Below, piece by piece: positions 63,609 through 64,000 of a stretch of DNA of 64,000 bases (the stretch's first letter is position 1; every line of letters starts with the position of its first letter). A program made the translations under genes and the position numbers. Location: contig OZ076409.1 in NCBI GenBank assembly GCA_964187785.1, forward strand, positions 88,352,001-88,416,000, written 5' to 3'. This DNA is from Amphiscolops sp. MND2022 (taxonomy: Eukaryota). A model generated the notes under the pieces. That model was not told where the DNA came from. It did not search any database and worked only from the letters and a program-made list of their open reading frames with translations.

Positions 63609-64000
63609 GTAAAATTTCAATCATTCAAAACAATCAATTTTGTTTGTCGTGTTGTCGTGCACTTCTTGAGAATCTTCACTTTTAACTTTTTGCTGGTTAA
63701 TTCAACATTCAAATTTAAAAAAGGAGAAATTGATCTTTTCTTACCAGAATTCTTAAGAAAAATACTTCAATACTGTGAAATGTTTACTCAAACAGCGATG
63801 TAGGATTGAGTTAAGCTCTCCCCACAACCTCAAACCCGTTTACTGTTATTTTAAAAATATCGAAACTGTCTACATATAAGAGCACGGAAATTCGCTAATT
63901 TTCAAAGTCTGAACTTCCTAACTATTTGAAAACATACATTCTACATCTGCACTTTTTCTCTGAACTTAATCATAACTTCACTTCAGCCTCCCGTGTGTAC

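Overview
AT-rich, intron-containing animal (invertebrate) genomic DNA; the species cannot be determined from the window. Two spliced + strand genes were reconstructed by hand, with GT-AG junctions and consistent intron phases throughout. (1) A complete 8-coding-exon golgin of the GMAP-210/TRIP11 family (5566-22644, about 1,940 aa). (2) The first 19 coding exons (about 1,185 aa) of a secreted gel-forming mucin/VWF/SCO-spondin/hemolectin-type protein (signal peptide, EMI-like Cys module, D1-D2-D'D3 VWD-C8-TIL assemblies) that continues past the right edge. Introns and intergenic DNA are packed with transposons: two families of non-autonomous Helentron-like (HINE/DINE-1-type) elements, hAT and Tc1/mariner MITEs, a tRNA/CORE-type SINE, and decayed CRE-like, CR1/L2-like, Penelope-like and possibly Polinton-like fragments. 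One HINE family carries variable arrays of ~180-bp repeats; some copies of the other carry a tRNA-like Pol III module. The most striking object is a young 3.6-kb BEL/Pao LTR element (57352-60951; 149-bp LTRs differing at one base, TG...TA ends, ATGTT TSD). Its single intact 910-aa ORF fuses Gag directly, in frame, to an integrase with all catalytic residues and has no protease, RT or RNase H.
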